Origin: Candidatus Argoarchaeum ethanivorans
GTDB taxonomy: Archaea; Halobacteriota; Methanosarcinia; Methanosarcinales; EX4572-44
NCBI GenBank assembly: GCA_905067555.1
Contig: CAJHIS010000004.1
Span: forward strand, 1 to 46,806
Direction: 5' to 3'
DNA: 46,806 nt
Shown here: positions 1 to 9,752 of the stretch, in pieces
Layout of the letters: every line of letters begins with the position of its first letter
Numbering within the stretch: position 1 is the first letter of the stretch
Made by a program: the position numbers and the translations under genes
The notes under the pieces: generated by a model
Database searches by the model: none
Told to the model about the DNA's origin: nothing
The model's input: only the letters and a program-made list of their open reading frames with translations

Positions 1-925
1 CTGAAGAGAAAAAAACGAAGCTCGTTTGGGTAGTTGAAGAAGCAGGAACAATAAGGAATAAAGCAGAGAAACTGGAATCATCATCAGTCAAACAGAAAAT
101 TGAGCAATTGAATAAGATACTGGATGAGAACATCGAAGAGAAAAATGGTTATGTCCAGAAGAAAAAAGGGCATGTAAAGGACAAGTTAGTGAGTCTTGTG
201 GATGAAGATGCAAGACATGGAGCCAAATCAGATTCAAAACCTTTCACAGGATATAAATGCAATATAATGAAATCAGATGATGGATTTGTGACAAACATCA
301 TCGGAACACCTGGAAATACATACGATTGGGATATACTTGTGCCTCTTGTCGATGAAAAGACAGAAAACAGTTCTAAACCGCAAAAGATCAAGGGAGATAC
401 TCACTATGGAAGTGCAGAAAACAGGTATCAGATGTCCACGAGAGGAATTACAATCATTGCTCCTCTAAAAAAGGATTTTAATCCGGCAGGGCTTTTACCC
501 GGGAAAAGTTCATTCCGGATAAGACCGGGGTCACTTGCCCTGCCGGAAACAGAACCATGAATTCAAATTACAATGAAAAAAACGGAACGACAGCATTCTA
601 TTTCAAGAAGGAAATCTGTAAGGAGTGTATTTTGAAATACCAATGCACAAAACAAAAGAGAAGGACTATTACAATAGGAAAATGCCATGAATTGGTGATG
701 GAGGCAAAAGAGTACAATAAGACTCAGGAGTTCAGGGACGATATGAAAGAAAGAGCCCATATCGAGCCAAAACATGCTGAAATGAAGAGATTCCATGGAA
801 TGACAAGAGCGAAATATTAGGGACTGCCCAAGGTGAATATTCAATTCATTATCAATGCTCTTACTGTCAATGTTAAGAGGCTTGCAAACGTTCTGGGTAG
901 CGTAGGCTATCTAAAAACATGTTGA
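1..925 (+). pseudogene. IS1182/IS5-like DDE transposase, 5'-truncated by the window edge, with one frameshift (~497-502) and one in-frame TAG (818-820)
   Basis: Frame is open from base 3, with motifs LVSLVDEDARHGAKS..PFTGYK and GDTHYGS. After a -1 shift it reads VTCPAG...C..C..K..CT...R..IEPKHAEMKRFHGM.RAKY*GLPKV..Q......N.KRL to TGA 923-925. Confidence 0.85.
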
Positions 926-1043
926 AAGCGGGGAAAATCAGGAATATTGAGGAAAATCATGGGCTAATATGGTTTTTTTGATGAAAAATCATATTTTTTC
1001 TGAAAAAAATCCTCAAAAGCCTGAAAAAATAGAAAAAATTGAG

Positions 1044-1062
1044 GGGAAATCTGACAGTCCCC
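1044..1062. mobile_element. Probable right terminal inverted repeat of the IS (…TCTGACAGTCCC)
   Basis: GACAGTCCC about 135 bp past the transposase stop. A similar ACAGTCCC end lies at 41297-41304. The partner end is outside the window. Confidence 0.45.
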
Positions 1063-1184
1063 ATAAGCAATATATATTATGAAAATATGTAGAATATTGC
1101 CCAACTCAAGCAATGTTGTTAGATATTGGAACAATTTATATATGATAGGAATATAGACATGAAATACCAAAGAAGGTGTAACAT

Positions 1185-1430
1185 CTGTCTAAGAGGAGAA
1201 CAGAACTTGAGCTAATAAATGACGTTCTTGATATTGTTAAGAAAAGTCAGGAAATAAATAAGACGGGGATTGTATATGGTGCGAACTTGAACTTTGAGCG
1301 TGCATCGAGAATAATAAAATTGCTAACCCAGAAAGGATTGATAGAGTCAAGATATAATACATACAAAATAACAGGTAATGGTGAGATTGCTTTGGGCGAG
1401 ATTTCCAAACTCTATACGTTATTCAAGTAA
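1185..1430 (+). CDS. Small winged-helix transcriptional regulator (HTH_45-like, 81 aa), CTG start; not in the ORF track
   Basis: Translation (M)SKRRTELELINDVLDIVKKSQEINKTGIVYGANLNFERASRIIKLLTQKGLIESRYNTYKITGNGE matches the archaeal RR..IL..KT.IVY.ANLNF...Y.IT..G pattern. SD-like AAGGTG lies 6 nt before CTG, with an in-frame TAA at 1179-1181. Confidence 0.8.
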   Translation: MSKRRTELELINDVLDIVKKSQEINKTGIVYGANLNFERASRIIKLLTQKGLIESRYNTYKITGNGEIALGEISKLYTLFK

Positions 1431-2008
1431 TATTTTTTTATTATCACCAATTTTCATACACCGGCAACTCATCATAATTGTTCCCTAAAATTTCACACTA
1501 TCTCAGCCGAGTAAGGTTCATAGTGCACATTTTACCATGATATTAGCTCAGAAGTTACTACTAACTCACTAACAGAACGTGACTCGAGTCTTTCCTCATT
1601 CGACTTTTCAAGAGTATACTCTCTTCGTAGAGTTGTGGACAATAGTTTTGTTGTCACATTCTGTCCACATCCGGGTGTGGAAGGTGTCATCAAAACGCTA
1701 CATTGTGCTCATGCAAGCTCCCTCTATCTACATGCATTACACTGTTTCAACCTACGATGAAGAATATCACCAAAGGCAATATCTAATGGTACGTAATCAA
1801 AATAGTGAGAGTTTGCGGCAAACTGTACTAAACCTACCCCACCTTAATCTTTATTACAACGCATAACATATCTGCTGTGGTTGATATAAGTGACAGAATC
1901 AGCTTAAACTATTGAAACAGGGACAGCTGAGTGAAACATACAATGCTATTTTATTTTGGAGTAGAGTTAAAGCTTTTAAGTTTAATTGCATGTTATTGAT
2001 GGACTTGT

Positions 2009-2503
2009 ATGATACGGTTTGATAAATTTCGGGTGCTCGTTTTTTTGACGTGCGGATATGCACTATTTATCTTTTTCCTGTCTTCGCTATCTTCACCACC
2101 GTCTCCTCATGATATTGGTTTCCTCCGTGAGTTCATGGGTGAACTTATGGGTTTATTTGAGGATAACAGGCTTAAATTCCTTCTCTCTCCTCTCTACATT
2201 GCATATCTGCATCCTGATAAGTTTGCACATGTAGTTTTGTACATGGTACTTGGTTTGTTGTTAAATAGGACATTAAGCTGTGCCGATAATGCTTTTTTGA
2301 AGAGGTACCCGGCACTCTTTGCTATTTTCATAGGCACTCTTTACGGTGTTACAGATGAATTTCATCAAATGTTCGTACCGTACCGTACATCAAGCTCGAT
2401 TGACCTGTTTGCAGATTTTCTTGGCTTGCTCTTTGTTCAACTACTCATTGTTTTTTATTCAGGAATTATAAGATTATTAAGCAAGGAGTATGAGCGTCAT
2501 TAA
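2009..2503 (+). CDS. VanZ family membrane protein
   Basis: DKFAHVVLY..LG and YGVTDEFHQMFVPYRTSSSIDLFAD motifs. Confidence 0.9.
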   Translation: MIRFDKFRVLVFLTCGYALFIFFLSSLSSPPSPHDIGFLREFMGELMGLFEDNRLKFLLSPLYIAYLHPDKFAHVVLYMVLGLLLNRTLSCADNAFLKRYPALFAIFIGTLYGVTDEFHQMFVPYRTSSSIDLFADFLGLLFVQLLIVFYSGIIRLLSKEYERH

Positions 2504-2654
2504 CCTATAATTTTGCTAAATATGAGTTCTGTTGCTTTTTCGCAATGTTTTGGCGTGGATACATTCCTGTGGATAAGATTTAGCACAAAGTATAAGTCCA
2601 TTATAATAATATAATGAAACGTCGGGAGTATTGCATATTTAGTCGGTGTTTTGA

Positions 2655-5216
2655 ATGAAAGGTGTAAAAAGTCTTCAATGGATTAGATCCAATGAAGCAT
2701 TGTTCTTTGATCTCATACTTGTTATTATATTCACATTTTTAGCTTACCTGTTCGTTCTCATACCTCCTTTCAACCAGACACCACTGCGAGTAATCTTTAG
2801 CCTTCTTATTCTCCTCTTCTTGCCAGGTTATCTCTTGATATCAGCGATGTTCCCAAGAAAAAAAGAGTTGAGCAGTATTGAACGGTTCACATTGAGTATT
2901 GGATTGAGTATAGCAATATTCGTTTTTGATGGATTTATTATAAGCATCACAGTCTGGCGGTTTAGGCCCGCACCGATTATTTATTCACTTTCCCTGATAC
3001 TTTTAATCCTTATGCTGATTACCCTGGTTGTGAGATTGAGAGTTCCAAAGAAAGAGCGGTTCTCCCTTGATCCTTCAGTTATATCAGATTTTTTTACATC
3101 GTTGAGGAAGTCGAAAGAAGAGCCAAGTGATATTGAAAAGGCACTTGTGATAGCACTTGTAGGGTCGATCATAATAGCATCTGGAATGCTGGCTTATGCA
3201 AAACTCACCTTTGAAGATGAGGAGTTTACTGCATTATACATACTCGGCGAGGATGGGAAAGCAGAAGATTATCCTTCTGCCCTATATATCCTGGAGCCCA
3301 GTTCCATGATAGTTGGCATAGAAAACTATGAGCATGCTCGAGTAGATTATACTTTAAAAGTTAGATTGGGAGGTCGTTTACTTAAAGAGCAGAAAACAAC
3401 GCTTTCACATGAAGAAAAATGGGTGGATAAAGTTTATTTCACTCCGAAGCACCCGGGTAAACACATGAAGCTTGAATTTCTGCTGTACAGGGATGATTCA
3501 ACCATTCCGCATCGATCTGTGCATTTATGGGTTGATTCGATCATTGATTATAATAACCTCACTATGATAAGAAGGTATGCTATATTGGATACGCCGAAAA
3601 TCGGTAACCCAGATATGGAAATGGAGTGCAGTTGGGAGTTTGTAAAGAGCGCTGGATATTTCAGAGGATATTATACAAAGTTTCATCAACAGGTTGAGAA
3701 TGCCACAATCTATGGATATGTGAGCGATAACAAAACAGGAAAGATGATCGAGAATGCTCATGTAGCTGTGAAAAATCGTTATGGGTATAAGGAACACAAT
3801 ACAACAGACGCAAGCGGGTATTACGAGATCGGGGCGATTGCAGATCATTTTTGGATTGAGTCAAGTGCTAATGGGTATGAAAAAAGTGGGGCCGAGTTTG
3901 ATATAAAAGGTGGGGAAAGATTGGTTGTTAACCTGACAAATGATCCGAAATTCTTCTTCAACATGACCTTAGAAGAGCTTTCGGTTGTGAATGAGACATT
4001 GGAGACAACAGTCCCAACAGAACTGGCTGAAAAAATGTCGACAATCAGGGGATACGTAACCGACAATGTAACATGGTTACCGATTGAAGGTGCACGTGTC
4101 AAGATTCGTGATGCATACGGATTTGAGAGGCATGCAATAGCAGATGAAGACGGATACTTTAGGTTGAAAACACTATTTGGTCGCTCGAGTATAGAAGTCA
4201 GATACGATGGCTATACGACAAATACAACAACACTTGAGGTAACAGGTGATTACATTATCAAAGTGAGACTGGATCCTGTGGTATCCCTTGTTGAGGGCCA
4301 CATTTATGATAACACGACTGATGCTCCAATCTCAAGCGCATATATACAAGTTGAAGGCAATGAATATTCCGATCATACAAGAAGCAACGAAGCTGGTTAT
4401 TATGAGATGAATACTGTTGCAGGACCCATAATTATCAAGGTAAGTAAGACAGGTTATTTCGAGTGGGAAGAATCGATTAACATACCTTATGGCGAAGTGC
4501 AAACCCTTGACTTGAGACTTGACTCCCTGCCACCGATTGATCCTATGCTACCCCTTTCTACAATTAGCGGGTATGTACACTATAATGAGATACGACTTGC
4601 AGGTGTGAAGGTTACAGTAACCGACAATGAGGAATACGAAAAATCAACGCTTACTGATAGCAACGGATACTTCGAGATGGAGGTAATCCCGGGACATCTG
4701 ATGCTCTTTGCAATGTCGAGTGCTTATATGGAGAGCAGTATTGAATTTGATGCGGAAAGTGGGGAGCGTATGAGTATAGGTGGAATCAGACTTGATGCAC
4801 TCCCGGAGAGCACATATCAAATCAAGTATCCATCAGAAACACTTATACGAAAGGGATATTATGGCGGAATATACCAGGATGTCCAATCAGAAGAAGGTAT
4901 TGCAGTCATATCGTTTAAGGTGAGAGACTCATACACCTCCAACAGAAGCAAAGGTTGCATGTTTAAGCAAGTTTTAATAAACAATCTTGTTGTGTGGGAG
5001 GATGATGTCGAAGACGATGAAGAATGGCAGGCTGTCAAAGTTCCTATCACACTGGATAATGGAACAAACCAATTGATGCTTCGAGTATACGCAAAGCAAG
5101 ATTCAAGGGGCTTTCCTTTGAGTGTCTGGTGGGATGACGTGAAGATAAAACACGTAAACGAGCTTTCAGAGGCTGATGATAGATCAACACGAAATGATGT
5201 TGGTGCTGAGATATGA
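2655..5216 (+). CDS. DUF1616 membrane protein with four carboxypeptidase-regulatory-like (transthyretin-fold) repeats and a C-terminal CBM-like domain
   Basis: LFLPGY..ER..LSIGLSI and EEFTALYILGEDGKAEDYP (DUF1616); repeated I.GYV.D..T..PI..A.V....T...GYY units; C-terminal FKQVL..VVWEDDV..WQ..WWDDV. Confidence 0.8.
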   Translation: MKGVKSLQWIRSNEALFFDLILVIIFTFLAYLFVLIPPFNQTPLRVIFSLLILLFLPGYLLISAMFPRKKELSSIERFTLSIGLSIAIFVFDGFIISITVWRFRPAPIIYSLSLILLILMLITLVVRLRVPKKERFSLDPSVISDFFTSLRKSKEEPSDIEKALVIALVGSIIIASGMLAYAKLTFEDEEFTALYILGEDGKAEDYPSALYILEPSSMIVGIENYEHARVDYTLKVRLGGRLLKEQKTTLSHEEKWVDKVYFTPKHPGKHMKLEFLLYRDDSTIPHRSVHLWVDSIIDYNNLTMIRRYAILDTPKIGNPDMEMECSWEFVKSAGYFRGYYTKFHQQVENATIYGYVSDNKTGKMIENAHVAVKNRYGYKEHNTTDASGYYEIGAIADHFWIESSANGYEKSGAEFDIKGGERLVVNLTNDPKFFFNMTLEELSVVNETLETTVPTELAEKMSTIRGYVTDNVTWLPIEGARVKIRDAYGFERHAIADEDGYFRLKTLFGRSSIEVRYDGYTTNTTTLEVTGDYIIKVRLDPVVSLVEGHIYDNTTDAPISSAYIQVEGNEYSDHTRSNEAGYYEMNTVAGPIIIKVSKTGYFEWEESINIPYGEVQTLDLRLDSLPPIDPMLPLSTISGYVHYNEIRLAGVKVTVTDNEEYEKSTLTDSNGYFEMEVIPGHLMLFAMSSAYMESSIEFDAESGERMSIGGIRLDALPESTYQIKYPSETLIRKGYYGGIYQDVQSEEGIAVISFKVRDSYTSNRSKGCMFKQVLINNLVVWEDDVEDDEEWQAVKVPITLDNGTNQLMLRVYAKQDSRGFPLSVWWDDVKIKHVNELSEADDRSTRNDVGAEI

Positions 5217-6349
5217 ACAGCCGCAGGAGACTCTTATTTCTATGGATAGGCTTCACAGTACTGATGGTGGTGGCAGGTGAGGCAGCAGGACGAATGATCG
5301 GTGTTGAGTTTCTTGGCATGATCGTTATGTTTGCATTCATATCTCTTCTTGCGCTATCAGTCTACTTTTACAGCGACAGGATATTGCTGCGATGGTACCA
5401 TGCAGAAGGGGTAAAGAATGATGTGTATCCATCACTTCACGAGATTATAGCCAAGCTTTCAAAGAAGATGGAACTTCCAATTCCACGGGTCTACGTCGTC
5501 GATTCACCGATGCCAAATACCTTTACACTTGGCAGAAATACAGAGCATTCATCGATCGTTGTGACTGATGGATTGATGGAGCTTCTTGATCATGGAGAAA
5601 TAGAAGCTGTACTCGCTCATGAGCTTGCACACATCAAAGAGGGGGGGACTCCTGTTGCAGGCGAGGTCGGAATACTGGCAGGATTTCTCACAGCATTAGC
5701 AAGTGTTGCTTTCTGGGCATCCATATTCACAGGTTTCGGGCAGGAAGATGACCCAGCACCAAACCTGATACGATTCTTTGTGACCGCTCTCGTTGCCCCT
5801 CCAGCAGCAACGATTATTCAGGTCGTAATGTCAAGATCACGTGAATACATGGCAGATGAAAAGAGCGCTTCCATACATGGTAAAGGAGATGAACTTGCAT
5901 CTGCTCTGCAAAGAATCGATAACAAACTGAAAACAGAAGACTCTTACAGTTTTGGTGTAAATCCATCACATGCGCATCTTTTTATTGTAAATCCATTCCA
6001 TGGCAATGAGTTTAGATTGATGGATATTAGTCTTCCAACATACTACTCGCTCTTCTGCACACACCCGCAAACTGGTGAGAGAGTAAGACGCTTGAAGAAG
6101 ACTGAACGCGATGATGAGCCAATGAGATCTTCAGGAGAATATGAAATACGTGGACTAATTAAACCATTCTTCTTTAGTTCTATCGCATACATATCTGTTT
6201 TGTTTGCTATCATCGTAATAGATACATTCAGTATGAAAGATTTTGTCTTTGCACGGGCTCTTATCATCTCAGTTGTTTATTTGGGTATTCTCCTTCTGCT
6301 TTTTGCGTTTATGTCTCTTACTTTCAGGTCTAAGTTGAAGACTGTGTAG
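5213..6349 (+). CDS. htpX: HtpX-like M48 zinc metalloprotease with a C-terminal two-TM extension
   Basis: PNTFTLGR, VTDGL, AVLAHELAH, SRSREYMAD, THP..ER motifs. Confidence 0.85.
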   Translation: MNSRRRLLFLWIGFTVLMVVAGEAAGRMIGVEFLGMIVMFAFISLLALSVYFYSDRILLRWYHAEGVKNDVYPSLHEIIAKLSKKMELPIPRVYVVDSPMPNTFTLGRNTEHSSIVVTDGLMELLDHGEIEAVLAHELAHIKEGGTPVAGEVGILAGFLTALASVAFWASIFTGFGQEDDPAPNLIRFFVTALVAPPAATIIQVVMSRSREYMADEKSASIHGKGDELASALQRIDNKLKTEDSYSFGVNPSHAHLFIVNPFHGNEFRLMDISLPTYYSLFCTHPQTGERVRRLKKTERDDEPMRSSGEYEIRGLIKPFFFSSIAYISVLFAIIVIDTFSMKDFVFARALIISVVYLGILLLLFAFMSLTFRSKLKTV

Positions 6350-7175
6350 CCTCAGCAATCCTGTTCAGTACAGATAAGAGCACTGCTACAACAACCACGA
6401 ACACGATCCACCCGAGATGCACATGGAACAAGAACATTAATTCTTTACCATAGTAAAACCCGACAAGATACAGGATCGTAACCCGCATGATGTTTGCAAG
6501 GTATGCAACAGCGATACAGATGAAGAGCAATGAATAAAACTTAGCCTTTTTGATATTTTCTATCTGTGTGTAAGCTACCATTATGCCTATCAAAAGAAAC
6601 ATCGAGTACAAACCTGAGCAGGGCCCACCGATTATAACAGTTATCTCTTCTACACCAGCGATACGAACTGTCTCAGTGGAGATTACTTCAACCGGGATTC
6701 CCATTGCTTTGATGATGAAAACCGATGGGAGAAGGACAAAGTAATGATCGAATATGTGCATAAAATTGATATCGAACTTACCAAAGACGATAAAGAATGG
6801 TATAAAGAGTGCAAGGAATGTAGCAGACATATATGCACCAAACTTGCCCATCCTGTTTATCTCTTCGTTGTCTATACTGTATGCGATCAATGAGACTCCA
6901 AGAAGAAAGGTCATGATATCAAGTGTGCCAAGTCCACTCTGGGTTAAGATGTTGTAGGTGATGTCAGATGCAATGATCAGTCCACCTGATAGCATACGCA
7001 ATTTTGATCCTGTTATTATGTGCGATTTACCTACTTTTATTCTTGAAATAAGTGCAACTGCGATTATAAAGAGTAGAATGCCAAGAAAAACAGAGCCTTC
7101 ACTGATCTCGATGGTTGCACCGAGAAAGAGTGCGAATATCAATAAAAACAGGACGATGTTCCTAGACTCAGTCAT
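6330..7175 (-). CDS. artC: Archaeosortase C (PEF-CTERM-associated)
   Basis: Multi-TM protein with the exosortase-type Cys-Arg-His set: GGPCSGLYSMFL, NIMRV, FHVHLGW. Divergent from PEF-CTERM genes. Confidence 0.9.
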   Translation of the reverse strand: MTESRNIVLFLLIFALFLGATIEISEGSVFLGILLFIIAVALISRIKVGKSHIITGSKLRMLSGGLIIASDITYNILTQSGLGTLDIMTFLLGVSLIAYSIDNEEINRMGKFGAYMSATFLALFIPFFIVFGKFDINFMHIFDHYFVLLPSVFIIKAMGIPVEVISTETVRIAGVEEITVIIGGPCSGLYSMFLLIGIMVAYTQIENIKKAKFYSLLFICIAVAYLANIMRVTILYLVGFYYGKELMFLFHVHLGWIVFVVVVAVLLSVLNRIAEATQSST

Positions 7176-7362
7176 CTTTATTTGTTATATCCTATCCCTG
7201 TTATTTATAAGCTTTTGTTTTACCGGTGGAATCACTCTACCATTTACTACAAATTTCGCCAGGATTTGAGTGCCTGGCATGACATGTCCTGGATCAGGTT
7301 CTGTGCCACGAAACACGAAACGGATGTTCAATTCAGGCGCTCTTCGATTTGGAAGCAACAGG

Positions 7363-7624
7363 TGAGGGGTCCACCAGATCCTCTATGAGCTGCAACTTCT
7401 ATTACATCCAGGACGCCAGAGTAATTTTTCCAACAACGTATCAGTACCATAAGTACGTACCACAGGTTCGAATTATAACTACTAACCTCTCGTTCTTAAC
7501 CTCTTTTATTGAATCGAAACATAATGCGATTTGTTAACAATTTGGAGGTAAACTTTGAATGAATAGATATAAAGAAAAAATGGCAATGGTCTTTGTGTTG
7601 AGTATGGCAGTATTCACCGTGATG
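7363..7624 (+). repeat. 262-bp inverted repeat copy 1 (196-bp upstream region + first 22 codons of a PEF-CTERM gene); partner 38319-38580
   Basis: Manual alignment to the reverse complement of 38319-38580 is ungapped with about 17 mismatches. Confidence 0.95.
7444..7478 (+). promoter_or_regulatory. Putative promoter: GTAC-rich element followed by TATA-like AATTATAA
   Basis: GTACcataaGTACGTACca then TTCGAATTATAA about 80 bp before the ATG. Conserved in both inverted-repeat copies. Confidence 0.4.
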
Positions 7625-8140
7625 GCAGGAACGGCAATGGTAGCAGGTATTATCCAGTCAACCGACAGTATAGGAAACCAAGAAATAAATGACTTTATTG
7701 TTGGTCAGTCGGTATACGTGCGTGGATTTGATCTTGTAGACTCTGACGATAAAGCTGATATCTATGTGGTGATAGATGGTTCGAAGCCAGAGAGCTGGGA
7801 TGATGGCGAAGTAATTGACAATTCTACAGACCACCCAATGGTACTTTTGTATACGGATGTAGCGCGATCCGAGGTCGATAAGGGCCTTACTGGCTACACT
7901 GGTCCTAAATTATTAGGTGTAGTTGGCAACAATCCAGGCGAGATACCAGCCCCAGGTAGTTATGATATTGTATACGACCGCGATCAGGATGGCTATTTCA
8001 ATGCGAGTGTTGACTGCGTAGACTATGGGGTGTGTTCTGGTTTCAATACAGAAATCCCAGAGTTTGCAACGATCGCACTACCCGCTTTAGCTGTGCTCGG
8101 GCTGTTCATGTTCTTCAACCGAAGACGAAACCAGAAATAA
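7559..8140 (+). CDS. PEF-CTERM surface protein 1
   Basis: Signal peptide, SD GGAGGT, C-terminal EIPEFATIALPALAVLGLFMFFNRRRNQK. Confidence 0.92.
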   Translation: MNRYKEKMAMVFVLSMAVFTVMAGTAMVAGIIQSTDSIGNQEINDFIVGQSVYVRGFDLVDSDDKADIYVVIDGSKPESWDDGEVIDNSTDHPMVLLYTDVARSEVDKGLTGYTGPKLLGVVGNNPGEIPAPGSYDIVYDRDQDGYFNASVDCVDYGVCSGFNTEIPEFATIALPALAVLGLFMFFNRRRNQK

Positions 8141-8284
8141 GATTGGATTTGAGAAACTGATTTTTCTCAACTCTAATTTTTTTATTTTATTCGAATATTG
8201 GCTAAATAGCCTTGATATTAACGTAACAAAACGAGGTGATCTATATGAATAAAGAAAAAATGACAAAACTATTTGTAATGGGTA
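8051..8284 (+). repeat. 234-bp direct repeat copy 1 (PEF-CTERM coding end + intergenic + next gene's first 13 codons)
   Basis: Near-identical to 8746-8979 at a constant offset of 695. Confidence 0.95.
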
Positions 8285-8835
8285 CAAAAAAAAGAGCAGC
8301 ACTGAGGTTGCTAATTGTAGCATTTGCCCTGTTGGTATCTTCGTCAGTCATATCTGCATATTCGATAACTGATGGTGCAGTTAGCTATAATTCCATAGAG
8401 GATGAAACAACGTGGACATTCAATGTATCCTGTGCTTCCGGGGATCCCCATGACATAAGTCACTTTACCGTTGCATGGTGCAGTGAAAGCGCCATCAGAA
8501 ACGTTTCTGTTGAAGGAACTGAACTCTATTATAAACAGGATCCTGGTTGGGATTATGGAGATCACGATGGTGTGCATGGAATAAAAATCGATTATCAAGT
8601 TAACACGAACAATACAGTCATTGTTACAATTGTATTAAAGGGTGACTATGGTACCCCTATTGCTACTGTTGCTTACGGGATAAAATATGATGGTTTTGTA
8701 GATAATGGTAACGATCTGACAGGGCCGCTTGCATCATCATGCACTGAAATCCCAGAATTCACCACAATCGCACTACCAGCTTTAGCTGTGCTCGGGCTCT
8801 TCATGTTCTTCAACCGAAGACGAAACCAGAAATAA
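8245..8835 (+). CDS. PEF-CTERM surface protein 2
   Basis: ATG 8245 after SD GAGGTGA (the track starts at 8236); signal peptide; EIPEFTTIALP...NRRRNQK. Confidence 0.9.
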   Translation: MNKEKMTKLFVMGTKKRAALRLLIVAFALLVSSSVISAYSITDGAVSYNSIEDETTWTFNVSCASGDPHDISHFTVAWCSESAIRNVSVEGTELYYKQDPGWDYGDHDGVHGIKIDYQVNTNNTVIVTIVLKGDYGTPIATVAYGIKYDGFVDNGNDLTGPLASSCTEIPEFTTIALPALAVLGLFMFFNRRRNQK

Positions 8836-8979
8836 GATTGGATTTGAGAAACTAATTTTTCTCAACTCTAATTTTTTTATTTTATTCGAATATTGGCTAA
8901 ATAGCCTTAATATCAACGTAACGTAACGAGGTGATTTGTGTGAATAAAGAAAAAATGGCAAAACTATTTGTACTGGGTA
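8746..8979 (+). repeat. 234-bp direct repeat copy 2
   Basis: See 8051-8284. A third, partial copy (sorting signal only) is at 9663-9753. Confidence 0.95.
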
Positions 8980-9752
8980 TAATAGCGCTAACAGTGATGA
9001 CTGGAACAACAGTGGCATACAGTATCGATGGGGATCTTGATGATTGGGGTGTTAATCCTACTAATAACAGCTGGTATGCCACTCTCCCAGCCATGAGTGA
9101 AGTTGAGAACTGGCCTGGTGCCGGTGGTGACCCAGGCATCGAAGCGTGCGATATCGAAGCGATGTACGTGGATGAAGATGTAGTGGATGAAGATGTAAGT
9201 GGTCCATACATCTATATAGCGATCATCACATCGATGCCACCAGATGGTATAGATTACCCATGCGGTAGTAGCTCTATTCACCTTATATCTGGAGATTTAG
9301 CCCTTGACTTCGACAATGACGGCACCTATGAATACGGTATTAAACTGACAAATGATGGCAGGACTATAAGCGGTAGTATAGGAGATGTCTTTGGCAATCC
9401 AACGTGGGAGAAGATTACCACAGACTGTGCCCAGTCTCAGTTAGCCTTCAGTAATATGGTTAGCGGAACCTATACCGGGCATGCTGAGATTGTTTATCAA
9501 ATATATAGCGATTGGTCATGGGACAATGGTGCAGCCAACTATGTTATCGAGATGAAAATCCCCAAGTCAGCGCTCGGAATATCCGCTCCTGGCGAAGTTG
9601 ACCTGTGTGCTACTATAAGCTGTACAAACGATGTGATAACGATCGAAGACTTCCAATACAGTGAGATCCCAGAGTTTGCAACGATTGCACTACCGGTTTT
9701 ATCTGTGCTCGGGCTGTTCATGTTCTTCAACCGAAGACGAAATCAGAAATAA
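8940..9752 (+). CDS. PEF-CTERM surface protein 3
   Basis: GTG 8940 after SD GAGGTGA, equivalent to ATG 8245; signal peptide; EIPEFATIALP...NRRRNQK. Confidence 0.9.
   Translation: MNKEKMAKLFVLGIIALTVMTGTTVAYSIDGDLDDWGVNPTNNSWYATLPAMSEVENWPGAGGDPGIEACDIEAMYVDEDVVDEDVSGPYIYIAIITSMPPDGIDYPCGSSSIHLISGDLALDFDNDGTYEYGIKLTNDGRTISGSIGDVFGNPTWEKITTDCAQSQLAFSNMVSGTYTGHAEIVYQIYSDWSWDNGAANYVIEMKIPKSALGISAPGEVDLCATISCTNDVITIEDFQYSEIPEFATIALPVLSVLGLFMFFNRRRNQK

Noticed and set aside
818-820. In-frame TAG in the transposase as a possible pyrrolysine codon
   Set aside because: The gene also has a frameshift near 500, a single-base nonsense change (e.g. TGG to TAG) explains it, and no pyl genes are visible here.
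1579-1866. 95-aa ORF in the 1430-2009 gap
   Set aside because: No SD, no recognisable motif and atypical composition. The gap remains unexplained.
7187-7363. Open minus-strand frame (…PELNIRFVFRGTEPDPGHVMPGTQILAKFVVNGRVIPP…) ending just before artC and abutting the inverted repeat
   Set aside because: Could be a gene 3' remnant cut by arrival of the repeat, but it has no convincing start and no family I recognise.
7559-9752. Diversity-generating retroelement or integron as the cause of the PEF-CTERM repeats
   Set aside because: No reverse transcriptase or integrase in the window, mismatches between copies are not adenine-specific, and no clear attC R/L boxes.
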